Positions 44,601 to 57,751 are shown, counted from the first letter of the stretch. The stretch: 64,000 nt of DNA from Schizochytrium sp. TIO01 (GCA_004764695.1 SMSO01000033.1:930001-994000); one strand, 5' to 3'. Notes: generated from the letters alone by a model not told the origin. Numbers and translations are program-made.

Positions 44601-46046
44601 ATGATGCCTTCTTCAGTACACGAAAGAAGAGGGAAAGAAAGAAAGAAAGAAAGAATGAAAGAAAGAAAGAAAGAAAGAATGAATGAATGAATGAATGAAC
44701 ACGAGAAAGAAGGAAGAGGCACACTTTGAAGGATGCAAGCGAGTAAAAGGAAAGAAACCGAACAAAAGTGTTCCGCATCATGGCGCCGTCAGGATGCTGC
44801 TTCTGCCGTCGCCGCCCTAGACAATAAACAGTTTACCAGAACAACTAAGCAAACATGACTGAGCTGAGTCACTCGATTCGATGGCCTTGCTTCACGCTGC
44901 TGCCTCCTGAGCCCTCCCTGTCCTTGTCTGCCTGAGCCCACTCCCTCCTTGAGCAGTTTCGCCGTGGATTCGAGCAGCTTCTTGGCCAAAGTTCTTCCTC
45001 TCCTCTTCCTTTGTTTGGCTATGGTGCATGCATACTCGCAGCGGAGGGGTCTTAGCAGTGGCTACTGCCTGCCTAAGGGCAGGCCCACTCTCGCTCTTTT
45101 CTCTCTTTCTCTCTTTCTCATTGGTACGTGTCGTCCTATTTTACATTGCCCTGCGAAGGCACGGACTTTATTTCAGGTAAACTCGAGGCTCATGGCCGAC
45201 TCGGACTCCTCGATATGTATGCACGTACCTCAGCGGCCGCGCGCCCGAGCTGAGGCAGGCATCGATTCCCTTGCTGGCGGCGAGGCAGTGGCTGCGGCGG
45301 CCTTTGACGAGCTAGCTAGAGCGAGGCGAGTTCAGGTCGATTCCTCTGCCCAAGTCCTCGAAATCGCACACTCACATCTACTCATTCATTCATTCATTCA
45401 TTCATTCATTTATTCTTTCGGCAGAGCCTTTTTCTGCTTTCTTAAGGATCTTTGGAGGATTTCAAAACCAGGGCAGCGCTTGCGTACTTACTCGACCTAC
45501 TGAGTTACTGAGTTACTTTCTGGCGTACTCACTCACTCTCTCACTCACTCGCTCTCTCACTCACTCACTCACTCTCTCACGTACCTACCTTTGACCTTTC
45601 TAAGAAGGAGGGCTACTTCATTCGCATCATTCACGTGTTGCTTGCACTGTTCGTTGTTTGTTCACCGAAGCCATGCAATCAACCACACGATTCGTGATTC
45701 ATGCTCCACGACGCAGGTGGCACTTGATCGAGCCTGAGTGAGGCCCGCCCACCCAGCCTGCCTGCCTGCCTGCCCCTGCCTGCCTGCCTGCCTGCCTGGC
45801 TTGAGACGGGCTCTTCCTTTCATGAGCGTCAGAATGAGCGAGTGCGTGAGTGCGTGAGTGAATGGGTCATCCGACCAAACCAGAACTTCAGCTTGAAACT
45901 GAGCCTCTTTGATGAAACTAAATCAATCGCTAAAGTGCGGCCAGCCAAGCAAAGCAGCAGCTTTAGAAAGAAAGCTAGCTTGAAGGAGGCTATTGTTTGC
46001 ATCGGTTTTTCCCTACAACCATGGGTTGTTTTGGTTACAGTTGTAC

Positions 46047-46144
46047 AATCAATCAGTAAATCAATCAGTAAATCAATCAGTAAATCAATCAGTAAATCAA
46101 TCAGTAAATCAATCAGTAAATCCATAAGTAAATTAATCAATCAG

Positions 46145-46191
<47 letters not shown>

Positions 46192-46238
46192 GTGAATCAA
46201 TCAGTAAATCAATCAGTAAATCAATCAGTAAATCAATA
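46047..46238. repeat. (AATCAATCAGTA)n 12-mer array interrupted by (AATC)n
   Basis: Directly visible tandem array. Confidence 0.9.
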
Positions 46239-49200
46239 AAACTCCGCTGTTTTCAGGCTATCTAAGTTGACACGAGTGACTGTATGATCTATCTAGCTAG
46301 CTAGCTAGTCGATTGATTGTCATGTCCGGGTCTGCTGAAGCAAAAGAAACAGTGCATCAGGTGAAGCTCCTGCTTTTCCCACCGTCTCGGCCTGACTGAA
46401 TCCATGGAGCGGCAAGTTATTCAGAACATCAAGGGATGGAGACCAAAGCTTTCGCTGTGGTCTTCATTAATTTGGATTTTGACAATCAATCATGGCGAAT
46501 CTGCACTCTTCCGCTGCGGGTCCTCACGCCTCTGTATTTATTTACCTGCCATCAAGGAAGGAAAGAAGGAAGGAAAGCAGGAAAGCAGGGTAGAGAGGGC
46601 GTTCTCTTCCCTCTCCTTTCGGTTAAAACCCCTTCCTGCAGGTAGAGTTCTTTTAAACCTCTACTTCCTTAAGTGGCAGGCGCCGAGGCGAGTGAGAACA
46701 TTTTCATTTTCATTTTCATTTTCATTTTCATTTTCAGCTTTCTGGTTTTACTTGGTTTTGGTCCTCTTTCAACCTTTCAACCGGGGTGTTCTTTTCCTTT
46801 CCCGCTTTTTCATTACATAAATAATGTTCTAACGCTCATGACCCATTTTCATATTTCTTCAAAATGATTTTGTCATGATTAGTTGATTAAATTGAGATGA
46901 AAATGGCATGGAAGTAAAGGAAGAAAGACCCAGAAAAGAACGCTAGAATCCCATGTTTTTCAATCGTAGGAACTCCCTCTCCCTTTGCTTGTTTGAATAT
47001 ATATTTATTTTATTTATTTGTTTATTTCAAGACAACCACGTCTGGCATGCGACAGTGACAGACGCCCGCACTCTATTCCTCCTGCGCAGAGATGGCCCGC
47101 TTTCAGCCATGCCAGGAAACAAACGACTCGAAAGCCATCAGAGCTGCTGTCAACATCGCCATAAATCTTGATCGATAAGTTCTCTCTGTACTTCATCGAT
47201 CAAGAAGATAATCAACCATGTCCAAGTTGTCGTGATTCTCTCTCTCCCTCTGGCAATTTTCAAATTAAAATTAAAAAGTTAGTTACTTTTGAAGAAGTTA
47301 GTTACTCTTTTACTCTCTAGGGTTTACAACTTCTGCGACAAGTTGAACTTCAAAGTTCTATTTCTTCTCTCCAAAGGAGTTGGTTAGTCCACAATGGAAA
47401 ACGAGAAGATGTTTCATAATCTATTGCCACCATATATATATAATCTAAGGTCAGTGTTTAGTTTATTCTTTGCTTGCATTCTTTATAATCCAACAGCAAC
47501 TTAATTTAAAATTTTAAAAACAGAAACCAATAATAATAATAAAAATAAAAACTTCATTAAATTTCATTTTTAAGAATGCTGTACAATCTTAACAATAATG
47601 GCGGTGCGGAGATTACTCACGGCGCCGCAATTTCGCTCGTGATTATCACGATGCCGACGAGGACCCATCGTCCGTCATGCATGCGAAGGAGAGTGAGGGC
47701 ACCAACAAACTGCGAGCAGTACTCGCTCTTCGGGCTCTAACCGCCCCATAAAGACCCGCACCGGTCTAAAACGACAGGAAGGCTCGCGATCCGGACCGCA
47801 AGCAGGCAGGCAAGCAAGCAAGCAAGCAATTAAGCAATTAAGCAATTAAGCAATTGATTGCCTTCTTCGAGCTGCGCTTACTAGTAACTGCTAGCGAGGG
47901 AGGATCTTGAGTCTGTCATAATAATAAGCAGGGGAACCGGGCGGTGAAGAAGAACAAGAAGAACAAGAAGAGAACGCAAGGCCTGCGAGATCGTTGGAAA
48001 CATGTGCCAGAAATGAAGATCGAAGATCACTGTCGCGTTGGATACTCTGTCGTGCGGACTCCAAGACGCCAGCCGATCAAATTCATGGCGCAGGCTGTTA
48101 CTACTCGCAGCTCAGGGATTGTGGATAGGCACAGCTGGCTGGGAAACCGATAGCGGCGGAATTGAGCACGTTTCGTGTCTTCTGGGGCAGGTCGGATGCG
48201 GCTTGGGACTGAGAACCAAAGACGCCTGCAGAGGACTGGATAGAGAAGAAGAAGAAGATGATGATGATGAAAGGTTCTGCAAAAGCGTCACAGAGGTCTG
48301 CATCCAGAGCCGCGTGCGCGAGTTTGAATGAGCATGAGCCGACCTCGTGATTCATGTATCGGTTCCCACGCGCTGGTTTCGTTTTGGAATAAATCTTAAC
48401 GCTAATGCAATTCGAGCGCACGCCCTCATCTAGACCGATGTTCGCCTTTTTTGCTATTTTTAAAATTCTCCCTGAGCCGGCAGGTAGTTAGAAAAACCCT
48501 GATGGTATCGCCAGAAATGCGGTCCCGAACTCTCTTAGGAGTTTCTTCCTCGAAGGGCAGAAATCTGGTCGTAACATGATGAGATGTAAAAGGGCTGGGG
48601 GCCAAACGTGCTGGGGCACTACTTGTTTTATATGGGCTTTCCCTGATACAAAGTTTCCAACAATTCTGCGGTTTTAATTTAGTAACTAGCCCGGTCACAT
48701 TTTGACCAAGCACGTCGGAATTTCAATACCAAAATCTACGCGAATCCGAACGATTTATTTCCGAACTTTCCAGAGACGAAGGCGTGCCGATGCTGAGCTC
48801 TTCAAGTTGATGAAATCGCCATCAGCTTGAACAACGTTTCAGGCAGAACGGCGTGCTCTGTGGACTTTACCATTACAACCCGTGGGTACTAATACGAGCT
48901 GGCGCCACTGACAATAACGCAAATTGTTTTCACAGTTTCGGGCCCTCAACCGTGCAATGGTGACTTTCTCTCGTGTTTTTCAGTTGTATTATTATGTTCT
49001 CTCTCTATCTCTCGCTTCTCCTCTCCAATTGAACACGATCCCCTTTAACTTTTCTCCAATCTTCTTTCCCCTTTCCAACATCATCAGCAAGTTCCCTTTT
49101 TTTGAAAATTAAGTCTACGTCGCCTTAGTTCTATGCTGTTCTAAAGGAAAGATAAAACAGCCACAAACGTGGCGAGCCCTTCTTTTAAAATATATTACCC

Positions 49201-50542
49201 CAAAGAAAAAGGAACCATCTTTGGTTCGTATCACAGTTCGCAGAACTTGAATTTGCATATGTGAATAAACGTACGCCCAGCAAAATCTATCCGCCAGATT
49301 TCGAGCGCCCATTGTGAGCTTTTTGCTAGCTAACTTTCCAGAGGGAACTTTGAAAACCTTCAATCCACCGAAGGTCCAGCGCACTTGAGAGAGAACCGGT
49401 ATCGCCTTATCGCCTGCCCTGAGTCCCAGGTCGCCGATCTCGTGCTCTCGAGACCGCGAAACGTCCGTCTCAGAAGCCACCCGAGCGTTTGAGGAGCCCG
49501 ATTCCTTTTGACTTTCGAGTTCCTCGCCTACTTGAAACCATCCCACTCATTAATGCGCCCCTATCTTGTCTCGGCCCCTCTTCGAAGGCAGCAATCTTTG
49601 GTGATCAATTCATTGTCGTTCTCATCATCATCATCATCCATTTATTTGATAACTTCGCATTGCAATGGCGCCCCACCAAAGGACCCGCGACAGAGCGGTT
49701 CTGTCCCCACCCGCCCTGAACTCCATCATGTCGCCCCTCTGTTTGGTGTTCCAACTTGGAAATGCGTTCTCTTCTCCTTCTCAGGGTCTTATCTTATGCT
49801 CTTGATTCGTTGGGTCGAGCGAGGAAACGAAATGAAATGCGATCTGAGTCCAAGCAAGCTTCGACCGACTACAATCACCCACTCGAAACTGAAGCTGCCT
49901 GCGCTGTTCCTGAAGCGCCTGGGCTCGTCCCGTGCCCTTTTCACTAGTAGCCGCTGCTACCGACATGGCCATGCGACGGTAGTACCTTCCTACCCGTGCC
50001 TGCCCACACGGTTAGCGGCCAATGAATGGGCAATGAATGGGCGCCACGATCCCGTTTCCCTCTCTCTTCCCAGAACCTGGAGACCGAAGCGGCAGCCACT
50101 GCGAAGGCTGAGCTGCAGCCTCAGTCAGACAGAGGGCGCAGAAACTGACTCGCGCGCCTCCGCGGAAAACGGCGCGAGCCGGGGGGGCTGAGGCAAGAGC
50201 AACGCAGCTTGCGACGGTTTTTTCAAAGATTGAGCTGATGCGTGTATAGCATAGATAGATAAATAACTCAGAGGGAGAGAGAACACGGGCAGATAAGATA
50301 AGAACTTTTAGAACAGCGATAATCTAGTGCGTTCAGGTGTTCAGCGCATGTACCTGAGAGAGTCAGCTATTGAGCGACGAGGAGACACTTTCCCGCCTCC
50401 TTTTTGTTAGTTTGGTTGCTGAGTTAGTTTTTTGTTCCTGCTCTGGTTCCTTGTTTCTTTCGAAATTCGAAGGTTTGTTTTCTTTTCGAGATGAATTTGT
50501 TTGGCGTGGAAAGTTTTCTCACTAGTCACGGCGCGTTCTTTT

Positions 50543-50578
<36 letters not shown>

Positions 50579-52544
50579 TCATTCTTTAAATTTCATTTTT
50601 AAAGAAAACGACCGAAAAAAATAGATTGATGTTGATAATATTAAACATTTTTATTTTTATTTTTATTTTTATTTTTATTTTTATTTTGAAATAAAAAAGA
50701 GAACCAACAAATCTAACAATCGCTGTTCACTTGTTTAGTAGTTTTGGGTTAGTTGCTCTACATTTCTGTCTTCTTTCTACTTTGTTTGAAAGGGGGATCT
50801 TTGTTCTGACCAAAAACCAAAATAAAAGGTAAAACACCAATAAAACGAAAGGTCCTCGAGAGAGCATCATTTCCCAAAGCTCTGCGCAAGGACCAGTTAG
50901 CCAGCCAGTTAGTTTTCTACTTAGTTCGGAAATCTTCAGAAGTCGGAGTGGCGGCCTCTTTTTGATCTGACCTCGCTTCGTCTCATCTCCCTCTCTTCAC
51001 CTATTCCTCTCCCTGTTCTGCAGCATTATTTTATAATTGTACCTTTCCCAACAGACGCGGGCGTAAAGCGCAATTCATTATGCGTGCCCGCCTCACTTGA
51101 TCATGCACCCATCATCACCGTCGCTCATGATATCCACTCCTGTCTCTCGATCTTGAACTTTAACTCGAACTCGAACTCGAACTCGAACTCGAACTCGAAT
51201 CGAGTTGATCGATCGATTGACTGCACTATGAAAGCTCGTGTGGAGCCGACCGCGCTGGCCTCGTTCCTAATCTTTTTCCTTTTCTTTCTCTCATTCTCTT
51301 CTCCTTTTCATGAAGCGCCGCAGAGGAGACCGCAGAACTGTGTTCATCACCACACGATGACCATGATATGATCATCAAACCCAACTTCAAGATCATGAAG
51401 AGGACACTCCATGCATCATGGCAAAGGGTCCCTGAGCCGACTCCCGCTACTCAGTGCACATCGCTCCCGCCGGAAAGGGCCCGAAAGCAAGCGATCGTAG
51501 CTTCTAAAAGTAGGCACCGACCGCTCTTCAAGTTGAAGTTTCGCTTTCTTGCTTCCTTCCTCCTTCTCTGCGCGTTGTTCAAGAAGTCTATCTGACGGAT
51601 TGTTTATGTGTTCATTTGTTTGTTTGTTTGTTTATTTGTTTATTTGTTTATTTGTTTCAAGTTGTTCATTTATTCATTCATTCATTTATTCATTCGTTTG
51701 TTTCAAGTTGTTTTGTTTTTTTATTTGTTCATTCATTCATTCATTCATTCATTTGTGTCAAGTTGTTTGTTTGTTTGCCAAGATTGAAGCCCCAAAAGCC
51801 AAAAGCATGGGGGAAAGGCGGCGTCTGTCGGGAGGGCTAAGGACGCGGAAGCACGCTTTCAATGGTCTCTAACTCAAAAGTCTCCTGCTCCACTGCAAGT
51901 TCTAAAACAATCAAAGAGCGAGCAGGAAAAGAAAGAAAGAAAGAAAGAAGAAAGAGAAAGAGAAAGAGAGAGCTAGCTATTCCTTTCTTTTCAACTTGGA
52001 AGGCCCTTTGCAAATTCCGAACCAAAGAACCGCCGCACATGCAAACAAAGCATGCAAAGATCTTGGAGACAGAAGCGAAGCGAACGCCCCTTTCTCCGCA
52101 CCGCTATTGTGTCGATGGCTCTGGTGGCCACAGCGACGATAAATACCCATAATGAACGAACTCGCGAGCCTCTCCGTAGAAGATGATGACCTACGTGCGA
52201 CCTCGCGATGAGCTCGGTTCCGAAGCGGCCGTGACCTCGCCACGAGCCCAGAACCTCCGTACCAGTAAGTAGTACCTGTACCCAGGCTGGCTGTCTGTCT
52301 GTCACTCATCTGTCTGCTGGAGACGTACCGTTCAACCCGCAGACGAAGCAAGACGTGGGCAAGATCATGAACGAAGGCGGAGGTCGTCCTCGCAGCCGCG
52401 CATGCCACGCGAGACGGAGGCCGAGCTGGACCTCGAGCAGGACCTCGAGTAGCTGGACGTGAACTTGATTGCTCTTGGCAACTTCTCCAAGTCGAAATCC
52501 GCTTCTCAGGCCCTTATGACCGAACCCCGGCCTCCAGAATGGAC

Positions 52545-52690
52545 CAATTCAAGCTCAAGTTCAAGTTGAGCTTGAACTTGCTTAAACTTGAACTTGAACT
52601 TGAACTTGAACTCGAACTCGAACTTGAACTCGAACTCGAACTTGAACTCGAACTCGAACTCGAACTCGAACTTGATCTTGATCTTGAAGA
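52545..52690. repeat. (CTTGAA/CTCGAA)n hexamer microsatellite; a shorter related array lies at ~51163-51198
   Basis: Directly visible. It generates spurious poly-LE, poly-S and poly-FE ORFs. Confidence 0.9.
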
Positions 52691-52746
52691 GGAGATGGCG
52701 GTCATCTTGAGGGTCAAGGAAATGAGTCTGTTCAAGTATAAATGGA

Positions 52747-52779
<33 letters not shown>

Positions 52780-53733
52780 GAGCGAATAAATGAACACAAT
52801 GCTTTTGTTGTGTCGTCTTGGAACGGTGAAGAGGAAGGATGCCGGGATTTGGTTAGTTAATTAGTTGATTGGTTAGTTCGTTAGTTTGTTAGTTCGTTAG
52901 TTCTTCAGAATTCGCGATTCACAACGTGCGAAAGGTTCGCATTTGGAGATCAGTCGCGGCTTTGCCTGTTTCTTCTATCTTGCCTGTATCTTCGACCCCT
53001 CCCTCCTGTTTCTGAGAGCGATGAACGCAAGGAAGAAATGCCCCAAAGACGGCGTCGCTTCTTTCCAAGGAGGCCACCGATTGGAGAAGTGGCGGCAAGC
53101 GATATCGCGGTCAAGGATTAAGAAGGAGGAGGAGAAGGAGAAGGAGGCAGGTCAGCTAGCTAGCTGTCGGTTTGCTCGCCCACCCGTCCACCCGTCGACC
53201 GTGCGTTGAAAACGAAACTTCTCTGCTCGCGAGCCAGCGGATTTGGTTTATTGGCACGAGAAACCTACCCACTAGGACACTTCAGCTGCGTTGTCTTCAA
53301 GGCCAAGAGCTAATGCGTGGCTGTTCCAACGCCTCGTCCATACATTCATTCATTCACTTGATTCATTGTAGACAAAGTGCTCTTTTCATGCTAGTTTTAT
53401 TTTTTAATAGTTAATTTCTTTACACTTTTATTTTTATTTTAAATATATATGTAGATATTGTTTAGTTAGTTAATGATAATAAATAATAATGAATAAAAGA
53501 ACAGATAGGATGTTTTTCAGATTAAGAACATGATATATGAAGATTAGAAACAATAATTTCAAAAGGACGAGCAGCAGTGTTATGAAGCGTGTTCACCGAG
53601 CGCTTCGTTCTCTTGGAGACAAAGTCTTTCCCAAACAAATAAGATGAACAGAAACCACAGCGATCCTCAATCCCTACGAGTTTAAGAGAGGGAACTTTTT
53701 GAAGATCCAGCCAGTAGTTCGTAGTCATTACTT

Positions 53734-53734
<1 letters not shown>

Positions 53735-53769
<35 letters not shown>

Positions 53770-53837
53770 GCCGAGTATGCGTCTGCTCCATCAATTAATC
53801 AATCAATCAATCAATCAATCAATCCATCAATCAATCA

Positions 53838-53924
<87 letters not shown>

Positions 53925-53950
53925 AATACATCAATCAATCAATCCATCAA
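53735..53950. repeat. Compound (CT)n / (TCAA)n / (TCTA)n microsatellite
   Basis: Directly visible tandem arrays. Confidence 0.9.
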
Positions 53951-56656
53951 TAAATATCATTCTTCCTTCAGCACGACCGACTCGAGCGCTTAAAGGACCG
54001 CAACGGACGCTCGGTCGAAGGAGAGAGAAGCTCTGAGGACCGATCTGTTCCAAGGCGGAGGAAGACGATGCGGAAAACGCGGTTTGCGAAAATGCAGGAG
54101 ATGCCACTAAGTAAGTGCGTATCCACTCACTACCTACGCGTGGCTATCTGTCTATCTATGTACGCATCTATCTATGTATCTATATACGAATGAATGGATG
54201 GATGAATGAATGAATGAATAGATTGCGCTCCATGATGGATGGAAAGATGGAAGGAAGCGAAACGAGACCAATCGCAGCCCAGAAAGAGAGGGTTTCTTGA
54301 AGGGAACGGGCGGCGTCTGCGAAGAAGAGAGAGCGCGATGCAAGGCCTCCGAGGGGGTGGGTGGCCGAGGGAGGCATCGCTGCTCCCAAGCAGGCTCAGA
54401 CTTGAGCTAGCGAAGTAGAGCAGAGCAGACCAGAGCAGAGGGCAGGAGGAATAAAATATCTTGGGATCGAGCTGGGCTCGCGAACGAGAGGTCTGAGAGG
54501 ACTGCGGGACAAAAGAGACCCAGGAGGATTCCTATATAAATAGGTAGCTGGCGACTAGTAGAGGGGAAGCAGGGGGGGCTCCATCTTCGCACGATAATGA
54601 GCGATCATGGACGTCGATGGATCTGGACCAATCGCTATTTCTTGCACGAAATGAGGAGCTCCATAGGCGAAGACCAAACGAAGGAAACGCCAGCGTGCAT
54701 AATGGATGTTTGAATTTGAATTTGAATAATAAGAAGAAGAAGACCTCCCCTCCACAGGGCAGAATCCCGCGTTGCGGTCTTGGCTGCCATGCCAACTCGA
54801 ACGAAAGGAAGGCTGACATTTGCCTCAATGGCCAGGCATGATGATTTCGATTGCTGTTCGTGGGCTTTCCAAAAGAAGGGGGAAATCACGAGAAGTTGAG
54901 AGACGATTCTATGGAGTAGCAGTGATTACAGCAGTAGTAGGATCTCGTCTAACTAAAAATATGCTTTCAAACTGGCTGCCTGACCGCTCGCTTCCTCGCT
55001 CGGCCTTGGTTGTTGCCATATTGAAAACGCCCAACCCAGGCCGGAATACAAAATAAAAGGTCCCGCTCAGCGCTACAGCTCTCGAAAAGGCTTGAGAATT
55101 CGTGGAAGCAGAACTTTGTGCCCTATTTCACATGAATGGCAGACAGTGCGAGATAGCCGGCTGGCTGTACATACATACTACAGCTGTACCAACAATTTTC
55201 ATAATAACCTCCAGAGTACATTATGACTATGCTGTGGGTATGCATGTCTATTATGAGCCCAGAAGTCAAATTCGCTCCGGACTTTTCCCCTAAGAGCAAA
55301 GGCCTCTCAGGCTGATGTAAACCGGGTTTTGGATGCCTCGATCGTTTGGGCAAATTGCAGCCTTTCAATATGCAGACATGCGGCTGTACCCGAGTTCGGA
55401 CAAACCTTAAGCACCCGCCACTGGCGCGAGTAACCAAAGCGACAGGAGATGAAGAAAACGTGCGTGCCTTATGAGTGCTCTGTTTTAGAACACCAAACAG
55501 GGACAAAGTGACCGTGCTGAATTGATGACCGCTCATCACCGGACACCGAGTAGATAGATATATTTGAAAGCGCATCATTTGAATCGAAATGTTCTATTTA
55601 TTTTTGTTGTTTTCCGAACGTCGGCGAGTCTCTTTCTCTTTCTCTTTCTCTTTCTCTTTCCCCTTCTCTATTTTTTTTTTAAATGAAAAATTGAAAAACA
55701 TGTAGGTAGTACCTACTGTGTAAAACAGGATTGTAAGGCTGTTTTCTTTTCTTGGTATCGTTCAGTGACCCTACAATCGTAACGGTGTTCTTTCCCTCAT
55801 TGAAAGATAATTTTATTCGTTTAGATTGAGTCGATTCTATACAGCATTGCGGCGCTACTCTCGATGGTTCCTCTTTACAGAGAAGCAAAGCACCATGAGG
55901 TCGTCCGTCCACCATTCACAAGTCTGATCAACTTATTCTTCTTTATAATTTTTTTATTCTTTGATCTTCTTCTGTAAACAAGGGTTTATCTATGTTGTGC
56001 AACGATCAATACGAAGTGTTTCGCTTTTCAGAAGTACCGGAAACAAAGAAATAGTGCAGATTGTTCCGACAGAACTTCACCTGTAGAAATCATAAGAAAC
56101 CCCGACATAGCGCAGTGCATGCACAGCTGTCGTGATTTGGATAATGCTTTGTTGTTGAGTTTGTACCTACCACCCCTTCCCGCTCAGGGCCACTAAAAAC
56201 CCTACTAGTATCTGGTTGTTTCTGTTCATACAGAGAAAAATGAACGCTCGAATCGAACCAATGAAAGGGCCCCCTTCCAACTCGAGGGGACTGTCTTCCA
56301 CTTTGGCGTCATCGACTAGCCTGGACATTGAATAAATCCTCCATTTGCTCTTGTACTCCCCAAACCTGTTTTTTTGTATTCGTTTCCTCCTGGTAGTCGG
56401 AAACGATAAAGTTCTGCTTCCTCTGTGGGGGTCTCCTTTACTTCTTTAAATACAGTTGACGGGGATCTGCTCCGACAGTTTTGATCTTCGATATTTTCGC
56501 TATAGCACTGGTAGGGCAGTGAATTGGCCGGTTTCTATCTCTGCTGGTGTTGAATTGGTAAGCACTAGCCCTAGTTTCATATTTGTTTGGGGAATCCAGA
56601 ACTCCTTTCATTCTGTGACACTGACCAATTGCGACTTTTTGATACAAACTCGATGA

Positions 56657-57751
56657 TTATGCCGTCTGCACGACCTCCTTGGCCTTTCCTTTCTGAGATG
56701 CGTTTTTGTCTGCTTTGAGCCCTGCATCCTCTGGTTCGAGACCCTCCACGAAGAGGTCCTTCGGTCCCGTCGAAAAAACCTTATCAAAGAATCCCGAGAT
56801 CCGACGAGTATACTCCTTCTCATCGAGGAAGAAAGATTCAATGTGTTCAGCATTCTTCACAACGAAGAACTGTTTCTCCGTGGAGCCTGAGAGTGAGTGT
56901 ATCTCGAAGCCGTGCGACAGCGGCACGACGCTGTCCTTCTCACTGTGCACAATGAGCAGAGGAATCTCAATGTCCTTGAGCTTGAAACGAGGGCCGACAA
57001 ACTTGGGGTCGTAGCCGTAGAAAATCTTAGTGGCGAGGCAAATAGACTCAAGGAAAAGCATATGCAAAGGTACGAACGAGTCCATGCCGAAGAGTCGCGT
57101 CGTTGGGAACATGCGGTCTAAGCGCACACCAACGACCTCCTTGAGCGAAGAGAATGCACAGTCAGTGGCGCATGCGATCACCTCGGGCCGGCGGTCGGCA
57201 GCCAACGTGAGTGCGACAGCGCCACCCATAGATGCACCAACAAGACCAATTCGTCCTCCTTCAGGCATGTTCGCGCACAGCCAGTCTAGAGCAGCATCGC
57301 CGTCACGCTTCTCTAAATAGCCAATGGTCTGTGGAGTCTCCTCCTGAGCGTAGCTACGAAAATCAAAGAGCAGTACAGAGTAGCCTGCATCCCAGAGTCC
57401 ACGTGCCACACCCAGCAAAGAGGACTTGTCCTGGTTGTACGGGTTGCAGCACAGCACAAGATCCTTTGAGGCCTTTCCGCGGATTGTCTGCTCCATGAAC
57501 CAAGCATCGAGATGGATGCCATCCTCGGTCTCCAGAGACACCTTCTTGTATGGAAGTCGAAGCGTCTCGGGCGTCAACACGAAGTGATCCGAGAACCAAC
57601 GCTGCCGAGGCTGGTTGATCGTATACGCGCCGTAAGCACCCACGGCGGAGCATAAGGCGCCAGTGGCCAAGGTGCCGGCAGCCACGCCCTTGCCCAGCAG
57701 CATGAACGCCTCGCGAGCTGTGCGACCACGGAGCATGGCGCGGAAGGCCAT
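56657..57751 (-). CDS. Alpha/beta-hydrolase (YqkD/ABHD-like serine hydrolase) with N-terminal basic leader and hydrophobic segment, 364 aa
   Basis: Nucleophile elbow IGLVGASMGG; GYSVLLFDFR; acid residue in HSEKDSVVP; His in NAEHIES; EDGIHLDAWF N-terminal strand. Single uninterrupted ORF. Confidence 0.9.
   Translation of the reverse strand: MAFRAMLRGRTAREAFMLLGKGVAAGTLATGALCSAVGAYGAYTINQPRQRWFSDHFVLTPETLRLPYKKVSLETEDGIHLDAWFMEQTIRGKASKDLVLCCNPYNQDKSSLLGVARGLWDAGYSVLLFDFRSYAQEETPQTIGYLEKRDGDAALDWLCANMPEGGRIGLVGASMGGAVALTLAADRRPEVIACATDCAFSSLKEVVGVRLDRMFPTTRLFGMDSFVPLHMLFLESICLATKIFYGYDPKFVGPRFKLKDIEIPLLIVHSEKDSVVPLSHGFEIHSLSGSTEKQFFVVKNAEHIESFFLDEKEYTRRISGFFDKVFSTGPKDLFVEGLEPEDAGLKADKNASQKGKAKEVVQTA

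Noticed and set aside
55123-55578. 151-aa ORF containing GLIIDMHTH (amidohydrolase-like HxH motif)
   Set aside because: A single short motif near the ORF end with no downstream barrel; composition is not gene-like.
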